From a virus (taxonomy: Duplodnaviria > Caudoviricetes), in IMG/VR virus record IMGVR_UViG_3300023174_005626, positions 1 to 64,000 of that record: a stretch of 64,000 nucleotides of DNA; one strand, 5' to 3'. Every line of letters starts with the position of its first letter. The stretch's first letter is position 1. This document shows, in pieces, positions 59,767-64,000 of the stretch. Both the position numbers and the translations under genes were made by a program. Under the pieces are notes generated by a model. That model worked only from the letters and a program-made list of their open reading frames with translations. It was not told where the DNA came from and searched no databases.

Positions 59767-61034
59767 TAACTAACAACATTATGATTTAGTTGACCTGTTA
59801 ATCTATCACACCAACCTTTTGATTCTGAGTGTGGCCAAACAACCCAGTATGATGGTAATTCTGTTGTTTGGAACTCTCTCCAAACTTTACAATAACCATC
59901 AGGGTCTCTCATGAAACCAGCAATTTCGTTTTTATCTGCATCCTTTCTAAATAAAGTCTCATCTTTTGCATTATGGAATGCCACAACCCAAAAGTCATAA
60001 TCTTTTTCGGGAACACTTGAATAACCAACATCAATACAATGTTTGTATATTGTTGCAAAACTATCCATCCATTCTTCTTCTGTTTCAAAGTTATATGGAC
60101 TTGGTGGATATTGTTTGTCTAAACAATGTTTGTCAATTGCTCTTCTTTCAAACAATAAGCCAGAATATTTTTCATAATCTCTTAAAGTTCTAACAGTGCC
60201 AAATCCAAATGGTCCATCATGACCTTCTTGAACTTCACCATCCATACCAAATAATTTTCTATTAGTTAAATGAGAAACTCTATTTTTTTCTCCCCAAGTC
60301 TTATCATCATCCCATTGTTTTGTTCTACCCTTACGAGTGTACTCATGGTAAACTACAGGAACATGTGGGTGGAATAAATCATAACCCCATGTATAAGCTC
60401 TTGCCGCAATTGAAATCTCTTCTCCGTGGAAATAGTATTCAGGGTTGTGTTGAACTTCTACTGAAAACTCACCTAATGTAAAACAGAAGTGAGCAGAATA
60501 AAATCTTGCTGTTACAGGTTTTGTCATTTCTCTCCAACCTGGAATTGTTTCAGGTAAGAAGAATACAGCACCTTCAGGAATAAATCTATCAAATGCCATT
60601 CTCCAAGCATCTTGTGCTCTACCTGCAGGGTCATTGTCAGGGTCAAAAGATGGGACATAACCCGTAAGTAGAGGTTTCTTGTACCCATCCTTTTGTAACC
60701 CCTTTATCATTTTGATAAGAACATCATCCCAATCTTTAATGAATCTCATGTGAGAATCAATTTGAAGGGTATATGTTTCACCATCATAAAGTTGTTGTGT
60801 TAGGTTTCTGGCCCAACAAACTCCTTTGGCGTCTTGATATGGGATATCTAAGATTTTAAATCTTTTATCGGTTCTGAATTCATCTAAGTTATCAAAACCA
60901 TCTGTTTCGCTAAATTGTCTTGCGATTGCAAAAACCAAATTTTTAGGTTTCTTAGCGTTGGCAATCATATCTTTTAACGTTGGGATTAATTGTGGGTCCC
61001 TGTAGGATGCGATTTGAATAAAAATTTTGCTCAT
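59766..61034 (-). CDS. GT60-family polypeptide alpha-N-acetylglucosaminyltransferase (Gnt1/OGNT-like)
   Basis: IFIQIASYRD, AKGVCWAR, LQIDSHMRF..DWD (DxH), FHGEEISIAARAYTWGYDLF; no signal peptide or TM segment. Confidence 0.85.
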   Translation of the reverse strand: MSKIFIQIASYRDPQLIPTLKDMIANAKKPKNLVFAIARQFSETDGFDNLDEFRTDKRFKILDIPYQDAKGVCWARNLTQQLYDGETYTLQIDSHMRFIKDWDDVLIKMIKGLQKDGYKKPLLTGYVPSFDPDNDPAGRAQDAWRMAFDRFIPEGAVFFLPETIPGWREMTKPVTARFYSAHFCFTLGEFSVEVQHNPEYYFHGEEISIAARAYTWGYDLFHPHVPVVYHEYTRKGRTKQWDDDKTWGEKNRVSHLTNRKLFGMDGEVQEGHDGPFGFGTVRTLRDYEKYSGLLFERRAIDKHCLDKQYPPSPYNFETEEEWMDSFATIYKHCIDVGYSSVPEKDYDFWVVAFHNAKDETLFRKDADKNEIAGFMRDPDGYCKVWREFQTTELPSYWVVWPHSESKGWCDRLTGQLNHNVVS

Positions 61035-61052
61035 TTATAGTATTTTGTCTTA

Positions 61053-61086
61053 AAAATAAAAAACCCTCCACAAAAGTAGAGGGTTT
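61053..61086 (-). terminator. Rho-independent terminator between the mucin-like gene and the GT operon
   Basis: AAACCCTCTAC-TTTT-GTGGAGGGTTT followed by TTATTTTT. Confidence 0.75.
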
Positions 61087-61109
61087 CTGAATATAATAAA
61101 TTATTATTT

Positions 61110-62186
61110 TTAACAACCTGATGGGTCGACAGCCGTAATCTGTCCAGAACCACCTGTAACTTCAAACACCGCAGTTCCATTTGAGTAGAAACCATTCATA
61201 ACTGGGGTAGTTAAACTTGAGTTGTAGTATAAGAATTCTGCAATGTTTGGACCAATTCCTCCTGCAACAGTTCCGTAGATTGTATTAGGAGCCCCACTGA
61301 AATCAATACAAGCTAAGTTTGCTGTACTACCTGTACCTAAAATATAGGTGTAATAACCAAATGTTGGTGTAGGAGATGGTGTGTTAGTTGGTGTCTTAGT
61401 CATTGTTGGTGTCATTGTTGGAGTTGGAGTTAACGTTACACATATTGTAACTGAACCTACAACATTTCCATTAGTATCTAATTGTGAAACATATCCACCA
61501 TTTTGAATAAATCCTGTCATATTAATTGTCGCATCTCCTGTTGAAATATTAGAGAATTGAGTACTTAAATCAAATTGTGAATTATTTCCGTAAACAGTTA
61601 CTGTTGGGTTATATCGTCCACAAGCTTCGTCATGAGTTGTTCCTGAGTAAACAGTAAATGCAACTTTAGAACGTGTTGGTGTTGGTGTTTGTGTTGGTGT
61701 GCACGTTGGTGTCACAGCAGCAGTTCCTGTTGGAGTGTTAGTTGGTGTTTGTGTTGTTGTGCACGTTGGTGTCACAGCAGCAGTTCCTGTTGGAGTGTTA
61801 GTTGGTGTTTTTGTGTTAGTTGGTGTCGGTGTCACAGCAGCAGTTCCTGTTGGAGTGTTAGTTGGTGTTCCTGTGTTAGTTGGTGTTTGAGTTTGAGTTG
61901 GTGTTTGAGTTTGAGTTACGCTTGGTGTTGGTGTATTTGTTGGTGTTAGTGTCGGTGTTGGAGTCGGAGTTGCAGTAGCATTTAATGGAGGGAAAGGTCC
62001 TTGATTAACTAAAAGTATCACATTTGAAAATGCAGTACTGTATGAGTTATTTATCAACCAAATGTTTTTAGTTTCACTTGGGTCCAAAGGAACTTGGTAT
62101 TCCCACATATTGTCATCACATCTTCTATAACTAAAATTTGCTATTGAAGTTCCTGTGTTCGTTAAAGTATATTTGCTACATGCCAT
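61110..62186 (-). CDS. Thr/Pro mucin-like repeat protein with small Cys-clamped beta domains (putative virion appendage)
   Basis: 358 aa with two TPT-rich linkers separating three globular domains; no signal peptide; TATTTAT upstream. Confidence 0.8.
   Translation of the reverse strand: MACSKYTLTNTGTSIANFSYRRCDDNMWEYQVPLDPSETKNIWLINNSYSTAFSNVILLVNQGPFPPLNATATPTPTPTLTPTNTPTPSVTQTQTPTQTQTPTNTGTPTNTPTGTAAVTPTPTNTKTPTNTPTGTAAVTPTCTTTQTPTNTPTGTAAVTPTCTPTQTPTPTRSKVAFTVYSGTTHDEACGRYNPTVTVYGNNSQFDLSTQFSNISTGDATINMTGFIQNGGYVSQLDTNGNVVGSVTICVTLTPTPTMTPTMTKTPTNTPSPTPTFGYYTYILGTGSTANLACIDFSGAPNTIYGTVAGGIGPNIAEFLYYNSSLTTPVMNGFYSNGTAVFEVTGGSGQITAVDPSGC
61681..61886. repeat. 60-bp coding tandem repeat (about 3.4 copies)
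   Basis: GTTGGTGTT...GGTGTCACAGCAGCAGTTCCTGTTGGAGTGTTA repeats at 61681, 61741 and 61801, encoding [15 protein letters not shown](C/P)T. Confidence 0.9.
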
Positions 62187-62267
62187 CTTATTTCTTATTT
62201 ATCTAATAAATACTAAGATTTTGGCTAATTTATTCAAGAAGAATAAAAAAATATTTTTTGTTAAAAG

Positions 62268-63632
62268 TTAAATATCTTCAATTAGAATATATGATGTTTC
62301 AGTATTCAATAATGGTTGACCTGGATTTGCCATAAAAATACTAAAATAACCTGATGAATCTAAATTACCTGTAAATATAATACCTCCATTAACATAGGTT
62401 GTAACTTTACAAGTTCCGTCTGATTGAATCAAACAATAAACTGAAGGACTTTGTGTTGAGTGGTTTCCATAATATGTTTGTCCTGAACTTACAGGTGTTG
62501 AACCCACTTCGTCAGTTAAAGTAAATGGAACCCCTCCATTAGAAGAAAAACTGTCAAGAGATGAACCTTTAGTTGACCTATTTACTACAATCGTATTTCT
62601 TGATATTGTTGGTGTTGGTGTTTTGGTCGGTGTTTCAGTTGGAGTTTCAGTCATCGTTGGTGTTAAACCAATTGTAACTGATGGCGTTGGAGTTTGTGTT
62701 GGGGTTGATGTATTTGTTGGTGTTTGAGTATTTGTTGGAGTTTGACTTGGTGTTGGTGTTTGTGTAACACATAACGAACCAAATCCAACAACCTCACCTT
62801 GTGAATCCAACTCAACAACATAATTATTAATATAGTCTTGAATAAACCCTGTCATATCAATTGTTGATGGTCCATTAAGTACATTCCAAAATTCTGATGA
62901 TAAATCAAATTCAGGATTGTTTCCATATACAGTTACAGTATTAGTTTGCCAACAAGCATCGTCATTTGTTAATCCTGAATAAACCAAGAAATAATATCTT
63001 GTGTTTGTTGGAGTTGGAGTTTGCGTTGGAGTTTCGGTTGGAGTTTGCGTTGGTGTTTCTGAAGATGTCTGAGTTGGAGTTTGCGTTGGTGTTTCAGTTG
63101 GTGTTGATGTTAAAGTTTCAGTCGGTGTAGGAGTTACTGTGTTTGTTGGTGTTTCAGTTGGTGTTGATGTTAAAGTTTCGGTTGGAGTTGGCGTTTGTGT
63201 TGAAGTTTTAGTTGGAGTTGGTGTAGGTGTTTCTGTTGAGGTAGGTGTTACAGTATTAGTTGGAGTTGGTGTTATGGTTGGAGTAACAGTTTGACTTGCG
63301 GTTTGAGTTGGTGTAATACCCGAAGTAACTGACGGTGTTGGTGTTGAGGTAATCGTTGGCGTTACAGTAGATGTAGGTGTTTCTGATGGTGTTTTTGTTT
63401 GTGTTATAGTTGGTGTTGGTGTTGGTGATGGACACGGAACTTCAACAACATAAGAATAAGCATATGTTGAAACATAACAATCATAAGTTCCATACCAATA
63501 ATCAGTCACATACGTAAACGGAAAAACTTGGTCACCCAAACTAATTGTTCCACCTGTACAAGGAAAGAAAGTAACGTTGGCCGTTTGACCACTTAAGTTA
63601 TCACTAAAAATTGAAACTCCACAATATGACAT
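62268..63632 (-). CDS. Thr/Pro mucin-like repeat protein (paralog of 61110..62186)
   Basis: 454 aa with an approximately 140-aa TPT(E/Q/N) linker and a shared VYSG..DxAC...VYGNN..FDLS...MTGFIQ...LD..G.VVG...CVT domain. Confidence 0.8.
   Translation of the reverse strand: MSYCGVSIFSDNLSGQTANVTFFPCTGGTISLGDQVFPFTYVTDYWYGTYDCYVSTYAYSYVVEVPCPSPTPTPTITQTKTPSETPTSTVTPTITSTPTPSVTSGITPTQTASQTVTPTITPTPTNTVTPTSTETPTPTPTKTSTQTPTPTETLTSTPTETPTNTVTPTPTETLTSTPTETPTQTPTQTSSETPTQTPTETPTQTPTPTNTRYYFLVYSGLTNDDACWQTNTVTVYGNNPEFDLSSEFWNVLNGPSTIDMTGFIQDYINNYVVELDSQGEVVGFGSLCVTQTPTPSQTPTNTQTPTNTSTPTQTPTPSVTIGLTPTMTETPTETPTKTPTPTISRNTIVVNRSTKGSSLDSFSSNGGVPFTLTDEVGSTPVSSGQTYYGNHSTQSPSVYCLIQSDGTCKVTTYVNGGIIFTGNLDSSGYFSIFMANPGQPLLNTETSYILIEDI
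63085..63179. repeat. 60-bp-period coding duplication
   Basis: GTTGGTGTTTCAGTTGGTGTTGATGTTAAAGTTTC at 63085 and 63145, encoding ETLTSTPTETPT. Confidence 0.8.
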
Positions 63633-63662
63633 AATATATAAATACTTTAAAAAAATATTTTA

Positions 63663-64000
63663 TTAAAAACAAATACCGATATCTAAAACTTGTCCGTTGG
63701 CAATATTAAATTGTGCCCATCTTGCACCATCAGAAACTATGTTACCAACGAAGACAGGTGGAATTGTACAAGAAGGATTTCCATATACATAATCACCAAT
63801 TTGTAGAGCTTCAAATGGAATTGCACTATAAATTGCAACATTTGTTGGACCATATCCCGCATCACCACAAGCATCCTCAAAATATCCAGCACCCCACAAA
63901 TTATATACAGGAATAAACGTTTGAGTAATACTTGGTGTTGGAGTATGAGTTGGCGTTTGAGTAATACTTGGTGTTCGTGTTGGTGTTATTGTTGGAGTTG
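63663..64000 (-). CDS. C-terminal part of a third Thr/Pro mucin-like protein (partial, starts beyond the right edge)
   Basis: The frame of ORF 63663..63899 stays open to the window edge: TPTITPTRTPSITQTPTHTPTPSITQTFIPVYNLWGAGYFEDAC...LDIGICF*. Confidence 0.8.
   Translation of the reverse strand, partial: TPTITPTRTPSITQTPTHTPTPSITQTFIPVYNLWGAGYFEDACGDAGYGPTNVAIYSAIPFEALQIGDYVYGNPSCTIPPVFVGNIVSDGARWAQFNIANGQVLDIGICF

Noticed and set aside
48011-61034. Eukaryotic giant virus (NCLDV) origin suggested by SET, SNF2, SOD, PolB and GTs
   Set aside because: Contractile sheath/tube/baseplate genes, gp32-like SSB, bacterial-type terminators and overlapping operons indicate a tailed bacteriophage.
56480-61034. 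GT cluster as DNA-glucosylation (T4 agt/bgt-like) machinery
   Set aside because: The families recognised are GT-A protein/glycan transferases, and no hydroxymethylase is present in the window. Not formally excluded, but less supported than protein glycosylation.
61681-61886. 60-bp periodic repeats as a CRISPR array
   Set aside because: There are no unique spacers; units are in-frame codon repeats of a Thr/Pro linker, and no cas genes are present.
5102-63916. Many short alternative-frame or antisense ORFs in the track (e.g. 12823..13212, 22220..22558, 40561..41028, 54635..54976, 61689..61949)
   Set aside because: They are shadows of long, motif-bearing genes with no recognisable domains. The Cys/Trp- or Val/Gly-rich ones are the antisense of TP repeats.
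1-64000. Stop-codon reassignment as seen in some large phages
   Set aside because: Genes up to 2581 aa are intact in the standard code with near-complete coding density. TAA dominates, but TGA and TAG also end genes at sensible positions.
61110-64000. Diversity-generating retroelement acting on the paralogous fibre domains
   Set aside because: There is no reverse transcriptase in the window, and the paralogous domains differ at all base types rather than only at adenines.

Overview
A gene-dense, AT-rich 64-kb segment of a large T4-like (contractile-tailed) dsDNA phage genome. Almost all genes are on the minus strand, with one plus-strand island at about 48.0-53.2 kb. It contains (i) a baseplate/tail module: SprB-repeat adhesin, wedge, gp6, gp25, hub, gp53/X, tube initiator, tape measure, frameshifted tail chaperone, tube, sheath and neck proteins; (ii) a replication module: class II RNR NrdJ, DnaB-like helicase, 5'-3' exonuclease, RecA/UvsX, gp32-like SSB and family B DNA polymerase; (iii) SET-domain, SNF2 and Mn-SOD-nuclease fusion genes; and (iv) a four-gene glycosyltransferase operon (GT60, GT25, two HtrL-like, one fused to a GT-A domain) directly next to at least three Thr/Pro mucin-like proteins. 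The last is the best candidate for a new system, a phage-encoded mucin-type protein O-glycosylation pathway for virion appendages. SprB repeats, the absence of Shine-Dalgarno sequences and the promoter shape suggest a Bacteroidota host (inference). All product calls come from motif recognition by eye; no database searches were run. No tRNA, rRNA, CRISPR array or mobile element was recognised.
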